A stretch of 64,000 bases of DNA, taken from contig JBDLKA010000001.1 in the NCBI GenBank assembly GCA_039714075.1, positions 96,001-160,000 of the forward strand, in the 5' to 3' direction. Shown one piece after another: positions 17,809 to 26,855 of this stretch. The notes under the pieces are model-generated. The model was not told the DNA's origin and did no database searches. It saw only the letters and a program-made list of their open reading frames with translations. The translations under genes and the position numbers were made by a program. How positions within the stretch are numbered: position 1 is the first letter of the stretch; each line of letters starts with the position of its first letter. Source of the DNA: Candidatus Krumholzibacteriota bacterium. Lineage in GTDB: Bacteria > Krumholzibacteriota > Krumholzibacteriia > LZORAL124-64-63.

Positions 17809-18450
17809 ATGCCTCTTGGAAAGTTTTGGCCGGGATTTTTCCTGATGTTGGTATTGGGGGCAGGCACGGCCTTCGCCGCCTCGAATTCCCCGGCCTCCTA
17901 TGAAGTCCGCAAAGGGGATTACCTGGGCCTCATCGCCGGAAAATTCGGCGTTACGGTGAGCGAAATCCGCTCGGCGAACAACCTTTCGTCCGATGTCCTG
18001 CGGATCGGGCAGAAACTTCGCTTGAAGAACCCCTTCCACAGACAGGCCAAAGCCAAGGTCCAGTGGAGCACCCCTTCCAGCAAAACCGGCAAGGTGCTGC
18101 GCCCCTTCGGTCCCTACAAGAAAAAGGGCATCCTGATGCCCAGCACCGGCACCGACTTGACCTGCGCCCTAGGTACGGCGGTGTCCAGCCCAGCCCACGG
18201 CGTGGTTCGGCACATCGGCCACATGGACGGCTTCGGAACCCTGATCATCATCGAACACGGGGGAGGGTACGCCACGGTTCTATCTCCCCTCGATCCCACG
18301 ACTGTTGTCGTGGAGGTGGGGCAGGCCATCTTGCGGGGTGACCACCTCGCACGAACCGGACCGCCGCCCGAAAAGGATACGCCGCCCTTCCTGCACGTGG
18401 AATTGCGCAAGAACGACAAGGCCATCAAACCCGACCCGCTGCTGAAGTAG
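17809..18450 (+). CDS. LysM + M23 peptidase-family protein (NlpD-like)
   Basis: YEVRKGDYL..IA.KFGVTV..I...NNL LysM domain; G.LIIIEH and LHVELR of M23, with degenerate zinc ligands. Confidence 0.85.
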   Translation: MPLGKFWPGFFLMLVLGAGTAFAASNSPASYEVRKGDYLGLIAGKFGVTVSEIRSANNLSSDVLRIGQKLRLKNPFHRQAKAKVQWSTPSSKTGKVLRPFGPYKKKGILMPSTGTDLTCALGTAVSSPAHGVVRHIGHMDGFGTLIIIEHGGGYATVLSPLDPTTVVVEVGQAILRGDHLARTGPPPEKDTPPFLHVELRKNDKAIKPDPLLK

Positions 18451-18472
18451 CCGGTCAGACAGGAGCTCGCCC

Positions 18473-18991
18473 GTGGATCTGCGCCAAGTCATCCGGGACG
18501 TTCCCGATTTCCCCAAGCCCGGCATCATGTTCAGGGACATCACCCCGGTCATGGAAAACCCCGAGGCATTACGCGTCGCATTGGCTGGTATGAAGGAACT
18601 GCTGGCGGATGTTACCTTCGACTCCTTCTGCGCCATCGAGTCCCGTGGTTTCCTCTTCGGCGCGCCCATGGGGCTGGACATGGACAAGCCGCTGGTCCTG
18701 ATGCGCAAGGCCGGCAAACTGCCCGCCGAAACCCGGGCCGTGACCTACGATCTGGAATACGGGCAGGCCACTTTGGAGATGCACGTCGACAGCGTCAACG
18801 CAGGGGACAGGGTTATCATCGTGGACGATCTTCTGGCCACCGGAGGAACGGCCGAGGCCTCGGCCCGCCTGATCACGGACGCGGGCGGAATCGTGGCGGG
18901 ATTCCTGTTCATGGTGGAACTGGATTTCCTGGCCGGAAGAAAGAAGTTGGAAAACCTGGGCCCGGTTTTTTCCCTTGTTAACTATTCCTGA
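18473..18991 (+). CDS. apt: Adenine phosphoribosyltransferase
   Basis: PDFPKPGI.FRDIT, ESRGF, RKAGKLP, LEYG, VDDLLATGGT. Confidence 0.97.
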   Translation: MDLRQVIRDVPDFPKPGIMFRDITPVMENPEALRVALAGMKELLADVTFDSFCAIESRGFLFGAPMGLDMDKPLVLMRKAGKLPAETRAVTYDLEYGQATLEMHVDSVNAGDRVIIVDDLLATGGTAEASARLITDAGGIVAGFLFMVELDFLAGRKKLENLGPVFSLVNYS

Positions 18992-19026
18992 CGCGCCTAT
19001 TTTGTGCCACGCGCACCAGATACGGT

Positions 19027-19103
19027 GCCCCCGTAGCTCAGTTGGATAGAGCATCAGATTCCTAATCTGGGGGCCGTGGGTTCGAATCCCGCCGGGGGTA
19101 CCA
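19027..19103 (+). tRNA. tRNA-Arg(CCT)
   Basis: GCCCCCGTAGCTCAGTTGGATAGAGCA TCAGA-TTCCTAA-TCTGG...GGTTCGAATCCC...GGGGGTACCA. Confidence 0.95.
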
Positions 19104-19136
19104 ACAAAAAAAAGCGGCCACCGCGCCGCTTTTTCC
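19104..19136. terminator. Bidirectional intrinsic terminator
   Basis: A-run, GCGGC...GCCGC stem and T-run between convergent tRNA-Arg and membrane-protein gene. Confidence 0.7.
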
Positions 19137-19165
19137 ATTACCAAACTCTTCCCGGATAATCCTGC

Positions 19166-20875
19166 TCAGGGAACCATGAATCCCATCCGCCCGAGACCGG
19201 CCTCGGTAACCATGGGACCTTGCGGCGCGCGAACATCCAGCCCGTCCCACACCCACAGATCAAAATAGCGGGAATGCCCGGCACGCGAATAAAGAGACTC
19301 GAAGTGCTGCCTGAAACGGTTGGAGAAAACCGGGTCATGAGGCGCGTACCAGTTCTCCTTGTCGAAGGGACGCTGCCCCCGCGGCACCAGCCACAGGTTC
19401 ACGATTCCCTTTTCCAGGGCGCGATAGGTTTCCGGCGGCATCTTCAGTCCCGTCAGCCGGCAGTCCATGACCGAAACCGGTTCCACCAGCAGGGGATTGT
19501 CCGCGAAGACCAGCAGCGGTCTGAGCCAGGTGTGACGGAAAGAAGCATTTTCACCGCCGCAGGCCATGCCGATGGAAAGGTCGGGGAACTGTTCGATGAT
19601 GCCCTGGACATCGGAGGCCAGATCGGGAGCCTGCGATATCTGCCAGTCCACCAGGCGGACAGCCCGGTAGGCGTTGACCGAACCGGTGAGCAACGCGGTC
19701 ATCACCACGGCGGCCACGGCACACTGGCGCAGGCCCGGCACCGGCGAGATGGGGGACCAGTTGCGGACCTCCAGGATTTCCTGCAGCAGCATCCCGGCAA
19801 TGTACATAGTGGAGGGGACCAGGGGCAGCAGGTGCACCAACCCCGCACCGGGTTTGGCCGCCAGCACCAGGGTCAGGGCCAGCGAGGCCACCAGGCCAAG
19901 CAGGACCGCCGCGTGCTGTTTCAACTGGCTCGCCCGGACCGGCGACACCAGCAGCAGCACCGCGACCGGCAGCAGCAGATAGGCGGTGTACTGCAGCGTG
20001 ACGGCCACCGAATCGGCAACCAATCCGTGGCCCACGGCGTTCCGCAACCAGGCCACATAGTTGACTATCGAAACCTGCGGATGAAAAACAAACGGCGCCG
20101 CGATGACCCCGCCCGCTCCCAGCATGGTCGGAAACAGGGACCGCCACCCGAACCGGCGGGCCGCCAATGGCAGGATCGGCAGAAAATAGAGTGCGGCGTG
20201 CACCTTGAGGTTGACGGCAAAACCGAACATGACCGCCAGGGTGACCAGGGCGATTGCCTTGCGGCCTTTGGCTACCGAGAACAGCGTCAGGCCGATGGCG
20301 AAGACCAGCAGGGCGTCCGGCCGCACCAGGTACACCGCAAAACCCTGGCTCCAGAAATACAGGGCCGCCAGACTGGTCACCGCAAGGGCCACCCAATCCC
20401 GACCGGATCGGGCCAACGCCGCGTATAAGAACACCAGGCACCCCAATACGCCCAGAATCGACGCCAGTTTGGCCGAGAACAGGGAGGGCCCCAGCACTTT
20501 CAGGAACAAACCATTGGTCAGGAATACCGAAGGACCATACAGGACACTGTAACGCTGGGCGGACTCGACATCGTGATAGAGGGGTTCACCACTTTGAACC
20601 AGCCAGGACAGGCTGGATATGACGGGCTCGACTTCGCCGGCGAAACCGTCCTGCACCAGATACCAGGCGCCGATCCCCGCAAAAACAAGAATGACACCCA
20701 TACAAAGGCCGACGACACCGCGCCGCCTGGTCGTGGGGGAGATCGTGCCGAAAGCGTTCTGGATTTGTTTGTAGCGAACCAGAAGGACCCACAACGTAAA
20801 TGTAAGTGCAAACGCCACAATCATGTGGCGCGCCAGATATATGAAGAAATCCAACAACAGACGGATCATTACCAA
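19166..20875 (-). CDS. Polytopic membrane protein, probable GT-C (ArnT/PMT-like) glycosyltransferase
   Basis: More than 10 hydrophobic segments; acidic [11 protein letters not shown] loop with LYH...YGP, later VRPD and K motifs typical of GT-C enzymes. Confidence 0.6.
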   Translation of the reverse strand: MVMIRLLLDFFIYLARHMIVAFALTFTLWVLLVRYKQIQNAFGTISPTTRRRGVVGLCMGVILVFAGIGAWYLVQDGFAGEVEPVISSLSWLVQSGEPLYHDVESAQRYSVLYGPSVFLTNGLFLKVLGPSLFSAKLASILGVLGCLVFLYAALARSGRDWVALAVTSLAALYFWSQGFAVYLVRPDALLVFAIGLTLFSVAKGRKAIALVTLAVMFGFAVNLKVHAALYFLPILPLAARRFGWRSLFPTMLGAGGVIAAPFVFHPQVSIVNYVAWLRNAVGHGLVADSVAVTLQYTAYLLLPVAVLLLVSPVRASQLKQHAAVLLGLVASLALTLVLAAKPGAGLVHLLPLVPSTMYIAGMLLQEILEVRNWSPISPVPGLRQCAVAAVVMTALLTGSVNAYRAVRLVDWQISQAPDLASDVQGIIEQFPDLSIGMACGGENASFRHTWLRPLLVFADNPLLVEPVSVMDCRLTGLKMPPETYRALEKGIVNLWLVPRGQRPFDKENWYAPHDPVFSNRFRQHFESLYSRAGHSRYFDLWVWDGLDVRAPQGPMVTEAGLGRMGFMVP

Positions 20876-21040
20876 TTAACTTTTGGATCTCCTTACGCCG
20901 ATAAATGGGGCAGAATTGCTCCCAGCCCGGCGAGATAGGCTTGGTGGACATTCACGCCCTTATACTGACAGGATTCTAGAAAAAATCAACCAAAATGACA
21001 TGCCATAAACCAAAAGTTGAACAAAATCACGTAATCAATT

Positions 21041-21421
21041 TCAAATATTGAGGTTGGCGAAGGAAATCAAATGGTTTTCCGCCATCTGGTAGAGATATGT
21101 CGCCACCCGCTCGGGAATCTGGTCGTTTTCCGCCGGAAAATCCCGCCCGAAGGCCGTGGCCATCTCGCCGACGGTCATTTTTCCATCCATCAGGGTCCAA
21201 AGATAGGATCCGCGCTCTTCAAGGGGGATTCGCACGAATTTCTTGCTCTCCTTCAGCCTTGGCTGCAAATAACGCCCCAGAAGCCCCGCACGGAACCGGG
21301 GCTGCAGGACGACCACTTGGTCGGGACCATTGCCCTGGGTCCATCCACAGGCTTTCTGGGGCACCAGAGCCATGAAATCGACCCCGCGCCACTTCCTTGA
21401 GGATTTACGAAAGAAATTCAT
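21041..21421 (-). CDS. PqqD-family (RRE-like) small protein
   Basis: LEERGSYLWTLMDGKMTVGEMA....DF...ERV..YL..M...HLI pattern. Confidence 0.75.
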   Translation of the reverse strand: MNFFRKSSRKWRGVDFMALVPQKACGWTQGNGPDQVVVLQPRFRAGLLGRYLQPRLKESKKFVRIPLEERGSYLWTLMDGKMTVGEMATAFGRDFPAENDQIPERVATYLYQMAENHLISFANLNI

Positions 21422-21592
21422 TTGTCCGCAATATTCCCTTCCTGGAAAATCTATCCTAAACTTCGTTTCCCAGCTGACGTTAAACACAGTAGACTGGCGG
21501 CACAGCGCTCGGTCAGGAGCGCAAACGGAGCCACGCCATATCAGCCCTGCCAAGCCAGGGAACAAGATTAGGGAACCGGGTTAGGAAAAGCC

Positions 21593-21946
21593 ATGGAAAA
21601 CCACATATCCATTCGCGACCGCTGGCTGGGAGCCCTTTGCTACCTGTCGGTCGTGGTCTTCGTACCGATGCTGTCCACTTCCAAATCCGCCTTTCTGGCC
21701 CGGCACTGCCGGCAGGGATTCGCACTCCTGTTCGTCGAAGTGGTGGGGGTCTTCTTCATCTGGATCATCGACGCCACCCTCGGCCGTTTGCCGCTGCTGG
21801 GATTCCTCGTGGTGATCGCCCTGCGGCTGGTGTTTTTCCTGTTTGTCCTGTCGATGTCGGTCCTGGGTTTCACCAAGGCCATCTTCGGGGAAGACTGGCG
21901 CCTGCCGTATCTGGACGACCTGGCCGCCAAGATCCCCGTCCACTAG
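21593..21946 (+). CDS. Small membrane protein (DUF4870-like)
   Basis: GALCYL, FLARHCRQG, three TM helices, A..GEDWRLP. Confidence 0.75.
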   Translation: MENHISIRDRWLGALCYLSVVVFVPMLSTSKSAFLARHCRQGFALLFVEVVGVFFIWIIDATLGRLPLLGFLVVIALRLVFFLFVLSMSVLGFTKAIFGEDWRLPYLDDLAAKIPVH

Positions 21947-22099
21947 CCAAACCCTAAATCCCTATATTTCATACCGATGGGCGAGTCGCTTAAGTGATTG
22001 CGCATAATGTATATTATGTTAAGTTGGCGAAAATGTATAAATAACGGCCGGAAACCCTGAGGCGTCCGGCCGAATAATTCCAGTTACCCCTGCGGCGCA

Positions 22100-22429
22100 T
22101 CAACCGATGACATCCACCATCTTGTCCCGGATCTTGTCCTCGGCGGCCTGCCCGATCAGTGAATCGACCACCTGCCCGTTTTTGAAAAACAGCAACGTGG
22201 GAATGCTCCGGATGCCCAGTTTTCCGGCAGCCTGCGGATTGGCCTGGATATCCATCTTGCCGACCAGCATCCGACCGTCGAATTCCGCGGCCAACTTTTC
22301 GATGGTCGGTGTCATGGCCTTGCAGGGTCCGCACCAGGGCGCCCAGAAATCCACCAATACGGGCTGATTGCTCCCGGTGATCCGCTCATCGAAGTCCTTG
22401 TCAGTGAATTCCGTTAGTTGTCCAGCCAT
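22100..22429 (-). CDS. trxA: Thioredoxin
   Basis: VDFWAPWCGPCK, IRSIPTL. Confidence 0.95.
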   Translation of the reverse strand: MAGQLTEFTDKDFDERITGSNQPVLVDFWAPWCGPCKAMTPTIEKLAAEFDGRMLVGKMDIQANPQAAGKLGIRSIPTLLFFKNGQVVDSLIGQAAEDKIRDKMVDVIG

Positions 22430-22493
22430 GTTTTGTCCTTTCCTGGCGGTAAGGCCGTCCCGAAGGATGGCCCGAAGGTTCGGGTTCACGGGT

Positions 22494-23543
22494 TCAATCA
22501 TTTTGATCCCGGCAAAGATCGAGAATCAATTTTTCGATTATGATATTCGGTTTCAATGGAGAGCCTTTCAACCGCCGGTCACATGACAAGGCGGACCCAA
22601 GCGCGTTACCGAGGCCTTGGCCGCCCATACCACGCACCATCGGCTCCAGATAACGGAAACTCCAGGGATTCTGCCCCGAAAGCGCCCCGATTTCCCGGTC
22701 ATTCATACCGGCACTGCGGCCCGCGGCCAGGATCGAGCCTTTGCGAACGCGGGAAATGATCAGGGGAGCAATTTCGTAGGCCGATCTCCCCCACTCGGAC
22801 AGCCGGTACCAGGTTTTGAGGACCTGCGGGGCTTTTCCGGGTTCCAGATTGGCGGTAATTTCATAACCTTCCAGTGCGGCCTGATCCATGATGATCCGGC
22901 CGATCTCCTCGGAACTGATACCCCCGCCGCGATCTTCCGCAAGCAGGGCCAGCTTGTCGATTTCGCTCTTCAGGCTCAACAGGTCGTTGCCGACCAATTC
23001 GCACAGGACCTGTGCCTGTTCTGCTTCGAGAGGAAGGTTTTCGCGGCGGGCGGCCTTGAGGACCCACTGGATCAGCATCTCACCGGCCGGCGGGGTGAAA
23101 TCGAACAGGAAACGGCCTTCCTGGCAGACCTTCACCCATTTTTTCCGCTTGTCCACCTTTTCGGCGGTCAGGATGAGGATGGTCTCATCGACGGGCCGAC
23201 TCAGGTATTTTTCCAGCGCGCCCTGCCCGTCGCTTCCACCCAGGCACTTGTCGGCCTGCTTGACCCAGATGACCTGCTTGTTGCCGAGCATGGGAAGACT
23301 GAGGGCCTGCTGGAGAACCTTCTCGACCGGAGTCTGATCACCCTGGAAGACATGATAATTGAAGACCGAGCCGCTTTCGCCCAGGACATCCTTGCGGATC
23401 TTCTGGATCACACCCTCCATGCGCAGGGTGTCTTCTCCGGCCAGCAGATAGACGGACCGGAATTTTCCGGGTTTCAAATCCTGCTCGACCAGTTCCTGGA
23501 ATCCGGGCAGGGCCGCACCTTTGGCTTTACGGGAATACCCCAC
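22494..23543 (-). CDS. holA: DNA polymerase III delta subunit
   Basis: VYLLAGED, A.SLPMLG, KVDKRKK, L.SEIDKL, D..LKG; adjacent to lptE. Confidence 0.85.
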   Translation of the reverse strand: MGYSRKAKGAALPGFQELVEQDLKPGKFRSVYLLAGEDTLRMEGVIQKIRKDVLGESGSVFNYHVFQGDQTPVEKVLQQALSLPMLGNKQVIWVKQADKCLGGSDGQGALEKYLSRPVDETILILTAEKVDKRKKWVKVCQEGRFLFDFTPPAGEMLIQWVLKAARRENLPLEAEQAQVLCELVGNDLLSLKSEIDKLALLAEDRGGGISSEEIGRIIMDQAALEGYEITANLEPGKAPQVLKTWYRLSEWGRSAYEIAPLIISRVRKGSILAAGRSAGMNDREIGALSGQNPWSFRYLEPMVRGMGGQGLGNALGSALSCDRRLKGSPLKPNIIIEKLILDLCRDQND

Positions 23544-23558
23544 GGAACTCCTAGACGG

Positions 23559-24080
23559 CTACCAGTCCTCGACGACCTGGGCCAGAATATCACGCACAAT
23601 CTCTTCGACCGCTTCGTCACGGGCCGTATCTTCGTTCACATCATTATCGTTGAGGACATAGTTACCCGTCCCGGTAAATCGCCGCTTGTCGAAAATCTTT
23701 TCCCCCGTGGCCCGCACGGTGAAGGTCAGGACCACGGCAATCTGGACCTGGTATTCGTTGACGGTCAATTCCTGGGTGGTGGCCACCTCACGCAGGGTGT
23801 ACCGGGCCACCCGCCCGCTGATGATGCTGTCCGCGTCGGCCTCGTCAACCACCTTGAGGGTGTTGTCCACCTGCAGGGCCCGGATGATATCGTCCGAGAG
23901 ATCGACCCCGAGATTGGGCTCGGGCGTCAGGTTTTCCAGGTACTGCACCGCGACCATTTTCAGGTTTTCATCCACCCGGCCGCTGCTGGCCGAGTACACG
24001 CCGCATCCGGAAAGCAAAACAGGGACGGCCAGTAGCCCGACCAACCGGAAAAGGATTGTGCTGCAAAAAAACCGTTTCAT
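23559..24080 (-). CDS. lptE: LptE-family lipoprotein
   Basis: Lipobox LSGC; AD..ISG...Y; C-terminal ...VEDW; lptE-holA synteny. Confidence 0.8.
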   Translation of the reverse strand: MKRFFCSTILFRLVGLLAVPVLLSGCGVYSASSGRVDENLKMVAVQYLENLTPEPNLGVDLSDDIIRALQVDNTLKVVDEADADSIISGRVARYTLREVATTQELTVNEYQVQIAVVLTFTVRATGEKIFDKRRFTGTGNYVLNDNDVNEDTARDEAVEEIVRDILAQVVEDW

Positions 24081-25489
24081 GATTCCTTGAGGTCGTATTG
24101 CTTCAGCCGGTAGCGGAACTTGTCCCGGTTCAAACCCACCAGGCGCGCCGCTTCGGATTGGTTGCCGCCCGCTTCGGCCAGGGCCTTGCGGACCAGGGAT
24201 TCCTCAATCTGGTTAACGAGCCCCTCAAGGTCAACACCCTCTTCGGGCAAAGAATTCCGCAGAATATCCTGCAGGGTGCGCCCAAGGTCGTCGGCCTGGC
24301 CGGTACCGGGATGCACCTGGAAATCATCCCGCCGCAGGACCTCGCCGCTGCCCAACAGGACGCTGCGCTCCAGCATGTTTTTGAGCTCCCGAATATTCCC
24401 CGGCCAGGCATAGCCCAGAAGGGCCTGCCGGGCCTCGTCGTCGAGACCGGTGAAGCTCTTGTTGAATTTCAGGTTGAACTGCCCCAGGAAATAATCGACC
24501 AGCGGCAGGATGTCCTCGACCCGCTCCCGCAACGGAGGCACCACCAGCTTGACCACATTGAGACGGAAGTAGAGATCTTCCCGGAATGATCCCGCCTTCA
24601 CCTGGGCCTCCAGGTTGCGGTTGGTGGCCGCCACGATCCTAACATCGACCGAGATGTCCTCGACCCCGCCCACGCGCCGGAAGTTCATTTTTTCCAGGAC
24701 ACGCAGCAGCTTCACCTGGACCGGCAGGGCCATCTCCCCTATTTCATCCAGGAAGATCGTCCCCGAATGAGCCAGTTCAAGCAGGCCTTTCTTCTGGACG
24801 GCCGCACCGGTGAAGGCACCCTTTTCGTGACCGAAAAGTTCACTTTCCAGGAGTTGTTCCGGCAGGGCGGCGCAGTTGATCTCGAGCAGCGGGCAATCCT
24901 TGCGCAGGGACGTGCGGTGGATGAGGTTCGCGACAACGTCCTTGCCGGCTCCGGATTCGCCCTCGATCAGGACGGTGGTGGATTCACCGCCGGCGATCTT
25001 GCGGACAATGTCGTAGATCTCCAGCATGGACGGGGCCTGGCTCGGAACGACATCATCGACCCCGCCGAACAGGTCCCCGTGCTGCTGGTTGCGATACCGG
25101 CGCCGGGCCTCGGTATTGCTGGCCAGGGCCTTGGTGACGACCTTCAACAGACGATCCAGATTGATGGGCTTGTTCACATAATCGAAAGCGTCGAGTTTCA
25201 TGGCCTGAACCGCGGTGTCGGTTTCGCGATAGGCCGTGATCATGACCACGCAGATATGCGGCAAGGCGCTTTTCAGCCCCCCCAGAACCTGGATGCCGCT
25301 CATGTCCGGCAGCATGAGATCCAGCAGAACGAGATCCGGAACCCTTTCCTTGGCCAACTCGAGACCGTCACCGCCGGTGCCGGCGGTGATAACCTCGTAG
25401 CCCTCGTCTTCGAGAGTGGCGGCCAGGAAAAGGCGAATGGCCTCTTCGTCGTCGATAACCAGGATGAGGGGTTTCATCAGGGTGTTCAT
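24077..25489 (-). CDS. Sigma-54-dependent response regulator (NtrC/AtoC family)
   Basis: REC domain (DDE, DLMLP), GESGAGKD, GAFTGA, FREDLYFRL, WPGNIREL, Fis-type HTH. Confidence 0.95.
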   Translation of the reverse strand: MNTLMKPLILVIDDEEAIRLFLAATLEDEGYEVITAGTGGDGLELAKERVPDLVLLDLMLPDMSGIQVLGGLKSALPHICVVMITAYRETDTAVQAMKLDAFDYVNKPINLDRLLKVVTKALASNTEARRRYRNQQHGDLFGGVDDVVPSQAPSMLEIYDIVRKIAGGESTTVLIEGESGAGKDVVANLIHRTSLRKDCPLLEINCAALPEQLLESELFGHEKGAFTGAAVQKKGLLELAHSGTIFLDEIGEMALPVQVKLLRVLEKMNFRRVGGVEDISVDVRIVAATNRNLEAQVKAGSFREDLYFRLNVVKLVVPPLRERVEDILPLVDYFLGQFNLKFNKSFTGLDDEARQALLGYAWPGNIRELKNMLERSVLLGSGEVLRRDDFQVHPGTGQADDLGRTLQDILRNSLPEEGVDLEGLVNQIEESLVRKALAEAGGNQSEAARLVGLNRDKFRYRLKQYDLKES

Positions 25490-25600
25490 CAGGGTATGGG
25501 ATTCCCGGGTTTGTCGTTCCGTGCAGGCAAACTTCCGCCCGGATTATGCATGGGCCAAGGTGCCTAAGCAAGGAGGGAATGGGCCGGCGGGGCATAGACA

Positions 25601-25624
25601 AAGGCCGCTCTATCGAGCGGCCTT
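25601..25624 (-). terminator. Hairpin downstream of the sugar transferase gene
   Basis: AAGGCCGCTC-TATC-GAGCGGCCTT perfect stem. Confidence 0.6.
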
Positions 25625-25672
25625 GATCTATTCCGTTTCAAGCCAGGCGTAACGCAGCAAAAGCCGGAAGGT

Positions 25673-26494
25673 CTAGCGCGCCCCCTCGCCCTTCAGGACA
25701 ACCGACACGGTCGAGACCAGAATGCTGCCATCCTGCTTGAAGCCCGCATTCTTGATGTACCGGCGATCCAGTTCCACCTTGCGCCGGACCGATTCGATGG
25801 TGTCGTCATACCCGTTGATCACCTGGGCCAGGCCGGTGATGCCGGGAAGGACCAGCAGGCGGTCGCGGTAGTTGGGGATTTCCTTCTCCAACTGCCGGAC
25901 AAAAACCATGCGCTCGGGGCGGGGACCGATGATGCTCATCTCCCCGCGCAGGACGTTCAGGAACTGGGGCACTTCGTCAAGGCGGCTGCGGCGCAGGAAT
26001 TTTCCCACCCGGGTCACCCTCACGTCATTGACCCTCGCCCACTGAGGACCCGAGGATTCGGCGTTGGTGCCCATGGTCCTCAGCTTGATGACCTTGAACG
26101 GCCGGCCCGGTTGCAGGACCTTGCGGCGGTCCTTACCGGTGAATCCGTGGCGCTGCCGACGGCGGTTCAGACCGACTCTCTCCTGGGAGTAGAAGGTCGG
26201 ACCCGGAGAATCCAGCTTGATGATCAGCATGAGGGCCGGCAGCATCAAACCGAAAATGGCCAGAGCCAACAGGGAAACGACAATGTCGAACAGCCTCTTG
26301 ACACCCGGATACAAGGACCCCTGCATGCGCTTGAGGTCTAGCCCCGGGCCGGCAGCGGTTTCAAGTCGTGCGGAAAGAGAATCCAGGGCTTGATCCTGAA
26401 GCCCCGCGGCCTCGAGATGAGGCATCATGGCCGTGGCCGTGGCCCCGCTCCGACCAGCAAGATCGGAATGGGCGGACCTGTTTCGCCGTTTCAT
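25673..26494 (-). CDS. Priming sugar (phosphoglycosyl) transferase
   Basis: KRLFD, KLRTM, D.RVTRVG.FLR..RLDEVPQ..NV..GEMS..GPRPE, PGITGLAQV. Confidence 0.93.
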   Translation of the reverse strand: MKRRNRSAHSDLAGRSGATATAMMPHLEAAGLQDQALDSLSARLETAAGPGLDLKRMQGSLYPGVKRLFDIVVSLLALAIFGLMLPALMLIIKLDSPGPTFYSQERVGLNRRRQRHGFTGKDRRKVLQPGRPFKVIKLRTMGTNAESSGPQWARVNDVRVTRVGKFLRRSRLDEVPQFLNVLRGEMSIIGPRPERMVFVRQLEKEIPNYRDRLLVLPGITGLAQVINGYDDTIESVRRKVELDRRYIKNAGFKQDGSILVSTVSVVLKGEGAR

Positions 26495-26855
26495 GTCGGC
26501 ACCCTCCAAGGTACTACTCTTACGTATAAATTTCTTCTGCATAATCCCCACCAATTCACCCTATGCCATAGCGCTGTCCGAAATACGGTTCTGGTGTCAA
26601 GGCTATGTTTACAGTTCCCGGATTCCCCCGAACCGGGCACCTCGTTGATAGGATCTTTATTTTACCTGATCATCATCCCGATCGCAACCCAAAAATTGTC
26701 ATTTGCCCACATTTGACGGTCAATTAACAAAGGAAATGATTTTTCCTGGTTGCCAAAATCCCCCCATAGCACCATCCTACGATAATCAGGACCGTGGAAA
26801 AAGTGGCCAAAAATTCAATAATTTTTGACCTTTGAAACTTCAGGGTCGGAGGCCC

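Noticed and set aside
8251..19103. Prophage or integrative element at tRNA-Pro or tRNA-Arg
   Set aside because: No integrase, phage or conjugation genes; no duplicated tRNA 3' end found by eye.
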